Shown here piece by piece: positions 50,597 to 63,593 of a DNA stretch of 64,000 bases. The stretch spans positions 62,001-126,000 of the forward strand of contig JAMDHS010000054.1 in the NCBI GenBank assembly GCA_029717555.1, given 5' to 3'. This DNA is from Peribolospora baueri (lineage: Eukaryota). The notes under the pieces are model-generated. The model ran no database searches and had not been told where the DNA came from. It worked only from the letters and a program-made list of their open reading frames with translations. Each line of letters starts with the position of its first letter. The first letter of the stretch is position 1. The translations under genes were made by a program, and so were the position numbers.

Positions 50597-53500
50597 CTAC
50601 ACAGCTTGCGCCCGAGCCTGCTCAGCCTCTCTCGGCCTCCCATCGTAAGCCAAGCTGCCAATGGCCACGTCAGCCGCCGGGGTAGAAGACGTCGTGGAAA
50701 CGGCAGCACCAGCACCAGAGCGCGGCGCGTCGCCCGCGTCGTCGTCGCGGACATGCCACTCGCGGCCGTCCCGTTTCGCCTCCGTCGGCGCAGACGCCAC
50801 GGCCTCGTCAGTCGAACGGGAGAGAAACGGGACGGGAGGATACGAAGCCGATTCGGACGACGGCGGCGGCGGAGGAGGAGGAGGCGTCATGTCGGCAGAA
50901 GCGGCAGCGACGGGCGCGACGGGCGCGATGACGACGGGCGTGAGGAGGGGACTGGCGGCGGGACTGGGAGTAAAACTTCTATCCCTCTTCTTTCGCGACC
51001 GCGACGAACCGCCGCCGTCGTCGCCCGCCGCGCCGGACGGGCCGACGACGGAGTGGTGATCGTCCGAGACGTCCTCGACTTGCATCATCTCGTCGTCGTC
51101 GTCGTCGTCGTCATCTGCGGCGGCCGTCGTCTTGGAATGCGAGGCGGCGGGGTGACGGACGGAAGAAGAAGAAGAAGGCGTGGCGCGAATCTCCTCGTCC
51201 AGCTCGTCCACGTCCGCCACGTCTTCCTCGCCACCGACCTTGCGCCCTCCGGCCGAGACGCTATTAGCTTTCGTCCCGGCACCATCGTCTCCGGACCCGG
51301 ACCCGGAAGAGAAGACGGCCTTGGACTTGTCCATTCCGGAACCGCCGCCCCCTGTGGAAGAAGGGGAAGCGGACGGGGCCCTCGTCGGCTTTTCGCTAGT
51401 CTCATTAGCCACAGGGGCCGGTCCGCCGGCAGGAGCAGTTGGAGTGGCAGAAGACGTCGCGGCAGCAGCAGCAGCAGCAGCATCCTTCTCCTTCTCTTCC
51501 TCCGTCTTGCGCTTCTTCCACCGACTACCGCACCTGTCACACAAGCTCCCCGGCCCCGCCGGACCGGGTCGAAATTTGGCGTTGTGGGGCGCGTGGCAGG
51601 AGGTGCACGTCCGGTGCATGGTCGACTTGAGCTTGCGCGGAGGCGTCGGCGTGCCGTGGTTCTGTTCGGACGAAAGTGGAGAGAAGAGAAAACGGGCATG
51701 AGCACGGGCGGCTCGAGGAAAGAGCGGCATATCACCGACGCGAGATGGGAGGGAGAAACACCGACCTCAGTCCTGGTCTTCTTGTCTTTTCCCGTCCTGT
51801 CCCTCCCGCCCTCATCCACGCTCGCCTGCCTAGGCGCCTTCCTAGGCGGCTCCCCGTCCTCGCTCCTGTCGCCTTTCGAGCCAGATCCACCACCACCGGC
51901 GCTGGACCTCGTCAGGCCGGCCACCTCTTCCAACTCCCTCATCGCCGCCGCCGTCGCACCCGAAGATCTGCTGCTGGATTCCGAGCTGGACCGACGAGAG
52001 AAGCTCGCACGTTCCACCGAGCTTCTTCCGCCACCGAGTCGTCGACTGACACCTGCAGAGATGGGGCCGAGAACCGGGCCAGGCACGGGGTGGTCGCCGC
52101 CGGAGATGGACCGTCCGCGCTCTCTCTCCCTATCCATCTCCCTCTCCCTCGTCCGGTATCCGACGAGCGAAGACCGCCCACCGGCGGCGTGTCCGTGGTG
52201 GTCGTAATCGAAACGATCGCGTTCGCGGCCGCTGTAGTAGTCCAATCCGACCGGCGGCGGGAGACTCCCGTAGGCAGACGACGTGCTCGCGTAAGGATCT
52301 CGATGGCCCGCCGCGGCGGCTGCCGCGGAGCAGGGCGGGGCAACGTAGGGGGATGGGGAGGAGGCGTACGGTCCGGTGGGCTGTGAGTAGGAGTAGGAAG
52401 AGGTACGGTGGGCGTACTTGTGCACGCTCGGAGACGGCATTCTCGCTCCTCCGCCGGCGTGACGGGAGGGATCGAGGGCGGGTGGGGTATAGGCGTCGCC
52501 TGCGACAGGGGTGGGAGGGAGAGGCGGAGCACCAGCCCAGCTGGGCACCGATGGGGCGCCCATGGCGGCCGCGGCAGCGGTTGTTTCGGTGGTAGCAGCT
52601 GGTTCGGGGTAATCATAGCTCGTATGGAGGGAAGAGGAAGATCTGGGGACGGGCGGGCCCCAAGGGCGAGAGGAGGAGGAGGAGTAGGCCGCACCTGCAG
52701 AATCGGAAGACGAGCTGAGCTGGCGCTCGGGGTACCCGCCGGCGTAGTGGGATCTAGTTCGAGGGCCCATATCGACGGGCGAGGCAAAAAAGTGAGACGC
52801 GCCGGCGTGCGAGGGAGCGTAGACGCCCGCGCTCGGTTTGGCGGAGAGAGGGGTGGGGAGGCCGCTGCCGCTGGGATGCGGGGGATGGTCGTGGGGGTGA
52901 GAGGGATCGTAGGCGTGTCCGTGAGGATGAGCGGGAGTGTGAACGACGGCGTCGGTCCGAAGCGGGTCGAGCCTCTCCTTCTCCCGCTCCTTTTCCCTCG
53001 CCCGCTCTTGCGCCAGAAGGGCTTCCACCCTGGCCAGCCTCTCCTCCAACTCGTCCACCTTGCGCTCCGCCACGGTCGACCGTCGCAACGCGACGTCTCG
53101 TTCGTACTGAAGCTGTTCGACTCGGGGCTGAACGGATGGGACGGCTGCAGGACTGGCACGGTCGTGCTGCTCGCCGTCCAAGAGCGGCTGGGACGAGTCG
53201 GCGGTACCCGGTCCAAAAGGGCCGTCCGTGGCGGCAGCGAGACGCTTGACCAGAGGCGCAACGATCTCGTTGAGATAGATCTTCTCCAGGGAACGCGTCA
53301 CAGAATCGGCGACGGACAGCTCGTCCCCGCTGGCGGCCTCGCCGGCGATGTAGGACAAGGCCAAAGCGAGGGGGTGAGAGAGCGTGGAAGACGAGGCGGG
53401 CGCGGGCGGCGGAGGAAGGGGTGTTCTGGTGTTAGAGTCGACCGAGGCGGAGAGCCAGCCGCCAAGACGTCGTTGGTCGTCATTAGACGATGCCGGGGCG

Positions 53501-53679
53501 ACCGAAGCGCTACTGTGCGTCTGCGTCTGCGATTGCGACTGCCAGCTGGAGTCCGGGTTGCTGGTGGGAATGGAGCCGGTACCGGCGTCCCATGCCGGTG
53601 CGGCGGTGCGGCCGTCGGGGCTAATGGGGGCGGCAGAGGAAGAGGCCGGAGGGCGACTGGCGACGTCGTCCGCCGACAT
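50597..53679 (-). CDS. GATA-type zinc finger protein (C-x2-C-x18-C-x2-C) with coiled coil and long disordered regions; two exons
   Basis: Exon 1 (53679 to ~51767, donor GTCGGT) contains the coiled coil VEQLQYERDVALRRSTVAERKVDELEERL. Exon 2 has RTCTSCHAPHNAKFRPGPAGPGSLCDRCGSRWKKRK. Confidence 0.8.
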
Positions 53680-54586
53680 GAGGTTGCCAGGGATTCACAG
53701 TTGGTTCGGCTGCTCGGTGTGGTTAAGGCGAGGTGGTTGAGACGAGGAGGAGGAAGGGAGGGGGGCGACGAAGGGGCGCGAGACGGAGGAAAGCGCCAAG
53801 GCGAACGGAGCGGTGGGCTTGAGTCAGCCGGCGGCCGTGCCCTGGGGGACGATGGGGGGATATCTAAGACTCGGCCGCGCTCCAAGGCGCGATTCGCGAC
53901 TCGTCGACCTTTCCTAAAGGAATCCCAAAGACGCGATGTATCGCGGAACGCTTGCGGTATTTCAATCCGAAGACGCCGTTTGCGAAGAACACACGGGCCG
54001 CCGGAGCGAGCGAGTGTGCAGCTATCTCGCAGACGGCGGGGAGACGAACGAATTCGGGTGTTGCCTGGCTGGCTGCTGTGGCCGATCGAGCGGCTAGCTA
54101 GGCTAGCGTCGTCGCGTCGGCACGCCGGTTCTGACTTTCGGGAACGAAGGGCTGGACTGGGGAAGCAAAGAGAGAGAAAGAAAGAAAGGGAGGGCAGGGA
54201 GAGAGGAATGCGCTGGTGAGCCCCGTCGTCGGTCTCGTCTCGGGAAGGAGGGAGGATGGGAGAGCGGGAAAAAGGAAGCTGAGGGCAAGGAAGAGGCGGT
54301 GTCGGCGGTGTCGGCGGTGTCGGCGGTGAAAAGGGTGATTGCCGATCGATGTTGGTGGTGGTGGTTGGAGGAAGGAAGCGAAGGGCGAAGGCGATGGCGA
54401 TGGCGATGGCGATGACGGGAGACGGAGGAGGTGTGAGGGCGACAATGACGGACTCGGTGTCGGCTTGTTGGCGGCTGGCTGCCCGGCGCAGCGCCTTCGG
54501 ACCGGGCGGGGTAGAGTGGGCGAGGACGAAGGAGGCGGCGGCTCGGCGACTCGTCTGTCGGCTTGGCCTGGCTGTTGTTTGACTGG

Positions 54587-54622
<36 letters not shown>

Positions 54623-57208
54623 TGTCCCTCTCTCTCTCTCTGTGTCCGTCTCTCCCTTCTCCGCCTCTCTGCCCCATCTTCGGCAGGCCTCGCCGGTCGT
54701 GTGTGGGAGGGGCTGCTTGCGAGGTAGCCACCGACCGGCCCTGGGCACGCATGGAAGGACAAGCGAGCGATGTATGTACAGTACAGTACGTACACGGTTG
54801 CGGGTGGGCGCAGACGGAGCGAGGCGCTGAGCGGGACGTTAAAATCAAAAACGGAGGCGTCGGCGTCGGCGAGCGAGCGGCGAGCGGGGGAGCGGAGCGG
54901 CTTGGCTGGCTTGGCCGGGGCTGGGGTGCGGTGGTTGGAGAAGAAAGCGTCCGTCCGTCCGTCTCCGCTTGTCCCGGACGTTCGTCCCACCCTCCGTCTG
55001 TCCGTTCGTTCTCCCATCCCTTCTTCCTTCTTCCTTCTTTCCTTTCTTCCTTTCTTCGCCGCCCGTCTGCCTGCACCGGGCTTGCTCGGACTCTGTGGCC
55101 CGTCTCGCTCGTCTTGACCCCCGAGGAGGAGGATGGGTACGCTCGGGCCCCCAACGTGGCTCCGTGCCGGCGAGCGGAATCGGCGGACGACGGACCACCG
55201 GGCGGGCCGGGCTCAGCCAGGCCAGGCCAGGCACACGTCGTGCGACCGACGCTATCGACCGACCCACCCACCGACTTCCGACTTGGCCGATCCTTCCACG
55301 CTCGACAATCACGGCCACGGACAAAGGGACGCGGCAACGGAGGGACGTGAAAGGAGCGACGGCCACTGCCAGCATGGACGACAGGCCGGGATGGGGCCGT
55401 GTGCGTACGATGCTGCTGCCCACCATTGACGCAGCCCATCTACCTACCTTACCTTACCACCCACCACACACCGCTCTCAGCCAGCCGCCCACCGCTTGCA
55501 ACCCCGCCCCGCCCCGCCCCGCCCCGCCCCGCCCCGGCCCGGTCTCGGCGGTTCCGGATCCGCGAGCGGCAGCATACCCACGTCGTTTGCCTTAGCCGAG
55601 CCTGAGCCGGGTTCGGCCTCGCCTCTCCGATCCACATCCACTCCCGGAGAGAGAAGAGAGAAGAGAGAAGAGAGAAGAGCAGAGCAGAGAGGGACACAGC
55701 AAGGCACCGGTCGTGTTGGTACGGTACTACGGTACTACCTACGCACACACACCGTCCCCACCTTGGGGCTTCGACACCATCCTCACTCGCACTTCCTTCC
55801 TTCCATCCTTCCTCCCTCGCCGCCCGTGCACACCACCGTCCCGGCTTCCTTCCCCACTCGTCTCGGCATCGGCGCGGATTCCCTCAGTCCAGCGTTCCTC
55901 TGCTCCACTCCACGTGAAAGAAAAAGAAAAAGAAAACGAAAAAGATCCCATCCGTGGAGTTGGACGAACGGAGGGAGGGAGGGACGATAGTGCATCTTCT
56001 GCGGAGTATGTCTAGTAGACTGCCAACGCGGACACCGGACGGACGGACGGCGTCGGATCGGATCGAGTTGGTTGGTTGGCTAGCGACGTCGATCCGTCCA
56101 TGGGAGTATGAACGGGGTGGGACAGACAGACAGAAGCGACGGCGGCGGACGCGACGGCCGGCCAACCACCCAAACCGGGCAAACCGATTTCGGTAGGTTC
56201 GGCCACTCGTCCGTGTCCACACCACCATCCCGTCCGTCCGGGCGGCCAGTCAGTGCGAGGATATCTATTGTACGCACACGGTCGAGCACTCGACTCGACT
56301 CGACCATGTGACCCCTGGCCCCGCAAAAGCAAGACGCTGGATAAGAGAACGGACGGGAGGGAGGAATCCGGATCGAATGGTCGGTCGCACCGGGTGCGCG
56401 CCACCGTCCGATGTTCGATCCGAAAAAGAACGCTCGTGAGCCGCCGGTTTTGCTTGCTTGCTTTTTGCTCGCTTGCATAGGCGAGCAGCCTACACTACTA
56501 CCTACCACCTGCTTGCAGAGCCGTCCGTAGTAGTGCCCGGTCGACGACGCTTCTTCTTCTTCTTCTACACCGCACGAGAGAACGCCGCGCATATGGTACA
56601 TGGTACAGGCATGTTTGTGCAGTAGCGTAGTAGCGTACCTACACCAGCTACTGCAGCCTTTTCGCGCAGACCACACCGGCCAGCTCGGAAACCGGCGTGG
56701 AGAACCGCACGGTCCCCGGCGTTGGCGGCGCGGCGGCGGATGAATGCCAAAGTCGGCGGCGGATCGTTACGGACGTCCTCTTGACCACTGACCCACGGAC
56801 GGGTAGACAGACGCTCCCTCATGGACGAATACATCTTTCTCCAGCCTAGACACGGGCACGGGCGCGCTGGCTGGGACAGCAGGAGATCCTCCAGCGACGT
56901 CTCGAGTTCGTGGTGGGGTGGGTGCCCTGACGGCGTCAAAAAGAACCCTCCGACCGTTCGCTCTCCACGCCGGCACCCCTCCTGTGACCCCCATTCCGTG
57001 GCTCATGAGCAAGTAGGAATGATGAACGAGGCCCGACGGCGACTAGGAAAAAGTGGATTCGAGTGCTGTAGACCGAACCCGATCCACCTCCTTCCCCATT
57101 CACACAGGAACGCAAGAGCGGGCAAGGAGCGACGATGCAAAGCGGACGGACAGGGTAGGTAGGCACGACCCGACATGGACATCGTAATCCAGTAGCACCG
57201 AATCCCAG

Positions 57209-59990
57209 TCATCCACCCCGCCCATCCCCGCCTTCTAACCCGCCGCCGACGAGCGCGCCGTATGCTCGCTTTGGCAGAGGCCTGCTCCGCCAGTCGCCCA
57301 CGTCCACGTCCGACGGTGTCGAAGCGTCGGAGATGACGATCCTTCTCTGTCCGCTATCCTCTTCCGACTCGTATCTTCGTCCCTCCTCCCGTTCCGTCTC
57401 CGTGGCTGACGCAGACGCCGAATAAGGTTCTGCTGAAGGAGACCAGGCGTTGTCGGCCAGACCCACGAAGACGAAGCTCAGCTGTATATCGCGAGTGAGA
57501 AAAAAAAAGAAAAAAAAAACGCCGCCGTGGAGTAAGATCGCAGAAGAAAACGAATTGCGTCAGAGGGAGCCGTGTCGGACCACGGGGAGATGAGAAGGTG
57601 GCGGGGGGCTACGACGTCGTCGAGATGATTGTCGAGCAGGAAACTCGGCCTGACTCACGAGAACAAGGAGGGCACCGAAATCGCCCTGTATGCCTCCGAC
57701 GTGTCTTCCCCGGAATATGTCGCCTACCACGGCCAGCGGCTGATTGCACGCCGAAGCGCAAAACAGTCATTTGGCGCGAAAAACCCGTGGACGACATGGA
57801 AGACTCCCGACTCGTCAGATTGTAGACAGGAGGGCCATGTTGAAACCATAAAAATGTCCACGTACAATTGTCAGGCTGAGACCGATGGTGACTGCCAGCG
57901 GTGTCGTTTTGAGCATGGCGATTAGGTAGCACATATCGCTCTTATCATGAAGAGGGGGATATTAAACCAGAGCAAACGCGGCTGTTAAGCGAGCTCTCGC
58001 CTCGGGCGTGAACGCTCTAGACGCAAGTCGCCGGCCATGCTCCACTCACCACAAAGGTAATCGCCATATTGATACCCACGGCACCCCACTCCTTGCTCCC
58101 CTCCGGCCACTGCCACCTCTCCACGCCGGTAAGATGAAGAAGCATGCCCACGGGCCACATACCCAGGATGGTGAACGCGCCCACGAAGCCGAAGAAGAGA
58201 GGCATGCTCACGCGCTCCTCTCGTCGGATGCGGTGCTTAAGCAGGGTCACGTAAACGGCGTAGCAGAAGGCTGAGAGCAGCGCGAGCAGGTCTCCAAGGG
58301 GGGCATTTAATGGTGCAGAAGAAGGCGGAGATGAGACGGGGGAAGTAGATGGAGGGTCGAGCGGAGATACGGACGAGTCGGCAAAAGAGACGAGGCTGAC
58401 GCCGAGCACGCTGAAAGGCAGGCCGGTCCGTGTGAGTGAAACCGGTAAGCGCTCTGACAATTTGGTTACCTGAGTATTCGGCGCTTAATACTCATGCTTC
58501 TCACCTCACAACCACCGCCCCAAGCTTGCCGAGAGCGAAAGTCTCTACCCCAAACATCGCTCCGAGACCAAGGGTAAAGAAGCCTGCTTGCACGCACCGC
58601 ACCGGTTCAGATACAGTCTGCTTCATATCAAGACCCCCATCGAGCCAGCACGAGATGGGAACGGGAGAGAGACCCGCCGTCGTCAACTCACCGCTCACGC
58701 TACTTAAAACGGTTCCGCTGGCGACGCTCGTATACCCAAGAGCCGTGTTAAGGCTCCAATTAGCCGCGAACCAAAGGATTGTGAATTGTCCGGCAAGCCA
58801 GGCGGTCTCGTGCGTCGTCAGGGGCGCGAGACTTGCTTCTGACATCGATCCGCTCAGCTCTCTGTCGGCGCTCTCGTGGTCAAATAAACGCGGAAATTGG
58901 CGATCTGTGTACGACGTGAAGGACTGCTCGGGAGAGCGAGATCGTTGGTGTGTGAGCAAGCAAAAAAAGTAAAGGCAGAGGCTCATTGATACGTCAGCCA
59001 CCTCCGCCTGTTGCCACCCTTGAGCGTAACCTCCTCACCTGTCGCAAACTATCGCGTCCAGAACTGACGGCCTCTGTCGGATCTGTTGCAGGAACAGACG
59101 AATAATGACCTCTGAGGCAAAAGGGTAAATATGGGCGAGGACGTCAAGCAAAAAGTCAAAGGAGCGCATACGCATGCGTTTGCCGCATATCATCAAATAC
59201 GAATGACCTTACCTGCCCTCGCCCTCCGCTAGATGAGACGGCCGCGCGCCATTGAAACCGAGCTTTTCCCACCATCCCCCTCTTCTCCATTTTGGAAGCT
59301 CAGCATCTTTCCCTCGTACTCGAGCGTCTATCCGGTCTAGCGCAAAGGGAAGGAGGTAGAGGGCGAAGGCAGAAGTGTTGGAGTAGGTGACAAAGAAAGG
59401 CTTGTCGAACCCGGTCGTGAGGAGGTCCTACACGTTGCATGCGGAGAGTTTAAGGTAATGTAAGCGGGCAGGTCTTCACCATATGACGGGGCTTCCCAAA
59501 TGCCCGCCAGATTCCACGTCTGATGCGTGCTCACGTTGGTAATGAAGTTGGACCCTGAGACCATCCATTGAGGAACACAGAACAAGGTGGAACAGGAAGA
59601 GGGCCAATGATCTGAGCGACGCCCCCAAAAACGTACGGCAGCCACAAGTCGTATATATCCGCCTCGCTGCTCACCGGTCCACATCACCACCACCGCCATC
59701 AAGAGTGCCACACCTATCAAGTAGTCTTTCCTCTTTTGCACTATGGCCGCCCGGGCGTCTCTCTTCGTGATGCCTCTGGACGTCGTGGGTATGCCGGAGG
59801 TCATTGGGTCCGTCAGACCGGATTCAAGAGAAATGGATGGCGTCGACATCGGGGTGAGAGTGCGTTCGACCTTCCGGTGGCCTCTTACGGTCGGTCGGTC
59901 CTCATCGCCGTCGTTGACGTCGAGGGGCAGTTGAGAGAGTGATAAGAGAGATCTCCTGGTCGAGTCACGTGCGTCGGAGGTGGTGTTCAT
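57209..59990 (-). CDS. DMT/EamA-superfamily transporter (Thi74/SLC35F5-like)
   Basis: YLIGVALLMAVVVMW, FDKPFFVTYSNTSAFALY, LTTHETAWLAGQFTILWFAANWSLNTALGYTSVAS, GDLLALLSAFCYAVYVTLLK, FFGFVG and SDMCYLIAMLKTTPLAVTIGLSLTI/PLAVVGD. Confidence 0.9.
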
Positions 59991-60147
59991 TTCGACGTTT
60001 AGGACTGGATTGTTCTTTTCGGCGGCCAACACAACTTCGATCGACCACCGCTCTTCCTTTTTTGCCTGCTCCTTCCTTCACATACCCCCACTTGGCTCAA
60101 CGTCTCCCAGCAAGCTGACTGGCCTGGCCAGCCTTCTCGAACACAGC

Positions 60148-63100
60148 ATGGCGTTCCCTCCCCCGCATTTCCCTCCTCCCGCCATGGTCCCTCCGCCCCC
60201 GCCGGCGAACCCGCCTCCCCCCCCGGACGAGAAGATGGTGAAGAAGGAGAAGAAGAAGAAGAAGGAAAAGCCGCGGGACAAGGTGCCCATACCGGGGACG
60301 TCGTGGCTGAGGGTGACAACCACGGAGGAAAACGTGTTTTACACTAACACGGAGACCAAGGAAAGCGTTTGGATCGTCCCGGAGGAGATCCGAGAAGCGG
60401 TAGAGGTGATGGAGAAGGAAGAGAGGGAAAGGAAAAAGGAGGAGAGGAGAAGGAAAGAGGAGGAACAGAAGAGGGAGCTGGAGGAGGCAATGAGGAAGGA
60501 GCGGGAAGAGGCGATGAGGAAAGAGCAGGAGGAGAGGGAGAGGAGGCAGGAGGAGGAGAAGAGGGAACTGGAGAGGATTCGAGAGGAGATGGCGGAAGAT
60601 AGGGCAAAGCAGGAGCAGCAGGAGCTACAGCAGAAGGAGCGCGAAGAAGAGACGAATCGCAAACGTAAGAGGACAGAGACAGGGACAGTCGTGGACGCGG
60701 TGGAGGAGCAGCAGGAGGAGGTGGAAGGCAAAGGGAAGCGAACGAAGGTTGATGCCGTTGACGCCGCCAACGAGGGCGAGGATGAGGATGGGGACGACGA
60801 CGAAGCATGGCAGCGTCATATTGCCGCTGAGATGGCCGCTGAAGCCGACGGAGGGGCATCTGCACCGCCAGAGCCGGAGATGGAGCAGCGACGGCCTTTG
60901 CCACCCGGTCCTCCGCCCGTTCCCCCACCGGGGATGTTCCAGTCATCTGCGCCCCCACCGGCAGCAGGGAGCGGATCGGGTACGCCTGCTGTTGGAGCCG
61001 ACGTGGAATTGAGCTTTGAGGAAGCCAAGGCCATTTTCAAGGTGAGCGATCGGTCACCACGTTCGAAGAATGGAAGAAATTGAAGGACAACAAGGGGTGT
61101 TCAGAGTCGCTCAGCGGTGGCAGCCGCCTGCAGCTCTTTAGTTATCACCGTCTGCCATGCTTGCTCTCCGGCTGACTTTTGGTTTGCCCCTCCCCTCTGC
61201 ATTTCCGTCCCTTTTGTCCTCGCGCCGCTCGCCCAGAAACTCTTGTCGGAAAGCGTCATCGCTCCCATGGCGCCCTGGGATAGGGAGCTTCCCAAGTTCA
61301 TCAATGATCCTCGTTACACCCGTGAGTTTTTTCCTTCCCACAAACTCAGTGACCACGTGGAGTTGATGGATTCCTGCACTCGAACGCATTGTCGCTCGAT
61401 CATTGATCTTTGGATTGTCTTCTCAACAATCCACTCGCGCGCGACAGTGGTGAAGACGCTTAAAGACCGTCAGGACATCTTCAACGAGTTTTGCAAGGAG
61501 AAAATTCGTGAGCAAAGGGCTCAGAAGAAGGAGAAGCCAGATGTGAGTTTTCCTTTGCGTCTTTGCAGTTGAGCCGCCTCGTCTGCTAGTGCGCTAGCTA
61601 GAGCTAGCTCTTTAGTTGGGCGGCCTGGTGGGCTGCTGACTCTCATCGCTCTCTGCCCCCACCCATCAGCCCGCCACCGCCTACCGCCTTCTTCTCGTCT
61701 CCTCTGTAACTTCGACGCGCACACGCTTCGAGGACTTCAAAAAAGCACACAAGAAGGACCCTTCCTTCTACAATTTCGGTAGAGACGACCGTGACAGGGA
61801 AAAGAGTTTCAAAGCATGGCTTAAGGAGCTTGGTGAAAAGAAGAAAGCCGAACAGAGGAGGGCGGAGGAGGAATTTCTGGTAATGTTGAGGGAAAAGGCC
61901 AAGATCGAGCCCGGGTCTGTTTGGAAGGATGTGAGTGTCTGGCAGGCCTCGTTGTTGAGCCGAATGGATCGAATGGGTGTTTTGTCGAGTTCGCAGGACA
62001 AGCTGAGTTAATCGGTTCCCATGTCTTCACACAGGTCAAGCGACCCCTCACTAGCGACCCGCGCTATGACGCTGTGGGCTCCTCAACATTGCGAGAAGAG
62101 CTCTTCAACCGATACAAATCCGGTCTCCAAGGCTCATCCACCTATAGAGACAGCGAGCGCCCCGGTTCCTCAGCGCCGGTAGGCATGGCACGGAACGACT
62201 CTCGAGACTCGCGTGCCGAGGACGATCAACGTCACAGGAAGATGGATCGCAAGGAACGGGAGGCGCAGAGTTTACGCGAGAGGGAGGAGAAAGTGAGGAG
62301 GGAGAGAGCGAAAGTGGAGAGGGAGAAGCAAATGGCGTTTAGGGCTGCGAGCAAAGAGGACAGGTAAGTCGCTCGTTCGATTCTACAAATGGCCAGAAAT
62401 TATGGTCGGTTGTCGCCGACTGCTCACTCGCCTCTATCTATGTCAACGACGCGCTACCTGTGTACAGCGAACGGGAATTTAACCAACTCCTCATCGATGC
62501 CGTCCGTGACCCGCACGCTTCATACACTTCTGCCGTCCCTTCCCTTTCCCGGGACCCCCGCTTCAACCTTCCAGGTCTCACCGATTCCCTACGCCGAGAA
62601 CTCTTTACACGACATCTCTCGCACCTCTATGCCGGACGCTTGAGTGCTTTGCACAAGTTGTTCGAACGCGTAGCGCCGAGGTTGGATGCCTCATTTGAGG
62701 ACACCAGGGTCAGGGAGGCTTTGGAAAGAGCACCTGAGGTAGGGAGGGTGCTGGGCAAGTCGGAGGGGACGGGTGAAAATGAGGAGAAGGAGGAGGGAGA
62801 GACGGACGACGGGGCGAGGCGTGAAGAGTTGAGGAGACTTTTCGAAGAGTGGAGGAAGAAGAGGGAGAGCGATGCCAGAGAGGCATTTCAGGAGCTCCTG
62901 TAAGTGGGCTTTTCCGCGTAGTCTCTCCCTTTTTACAGTTCCCCCTATGTCCATGGAACGCGCAGAGGTTCAGTCGACCCAGCGTAGAGACCGTTGGTTG
63001 CTAACTGATAAGATCCCGCACTTCAATATCCTTCTTGTCTTACATCGCAGACGGGAAAACTCCTTCGTCGAATTCTGGGGCCGTCTTCGCCAGGCAAAGA

Positions 63101-63593
63101 AAGGTGCAGACGGACAAGGAGAGGGAAAGGACGTGCCGCCACCCGACTCGGACGAGGAGGAGGAGGACGCGGCAGATATGTACGGGATGGCGAGCCAGAT
63201 CGATTTGGGGAAGATGCACGACGTGTTGAAGGTGAGTTAATGTACCTATCAGTCCGCTTTATCCCTGGTAGGCGTCAAGCTCGCCTAAGGGCCGTGGACT
63301 CAACATGTTGCTGGCGGGGCGAGCGCTGACTGTTCACCGCATCTTTCCTTCTCCCCGGCGTTCCGCGCATCAGAATGACTCGCGCTACCAGGCTTTTGAC
63401 CATGTGCCGGACGAGCGCGAGGAGTGGATGAGGGTGAGCAATCCATCTTGATCCTCCTCCCGTTTACTTACGTCAAGAACGTGCCACGCCCAGCGCTTGC
63501 TCACGAAGCCAACTCCCCTATGTCTGACGTTAACGACAGGAATACCTCCAAGGCATGTCGGCGCCCAAGCAGACTGTGTATCAACGGCGCTAG
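60148..63593 (+). CDS. WW and FF domain transcription elongation/splicing factor (TCERG1/CA150, Dre4/Urn1-like)
   Basis: Pro-rich N-terminus. WW domain IPGTSWLRVTT..VFYTNTETKESVWIVP. FF repeats FK..LL..IAPMAPWDRELPKFINDPRY, DPRYDAVGSSTLREELF, FQELL/RENSFVEFWG and DSRYQAFDHVPDERE. Stop TAG at 63591-93. Confidence 0.9.

Noticed and set aside
52408..55439. Long ORFs of 603 aa (+) and 713 aa (-), and similar long overlapping ORFs elsewhere
   Set aside because: They are antisense or alternate-frame shadows of GC-rich coding DNA and microsatellite-rich promoter DNA. They have no recognisable domains and many use non-ATG starts.
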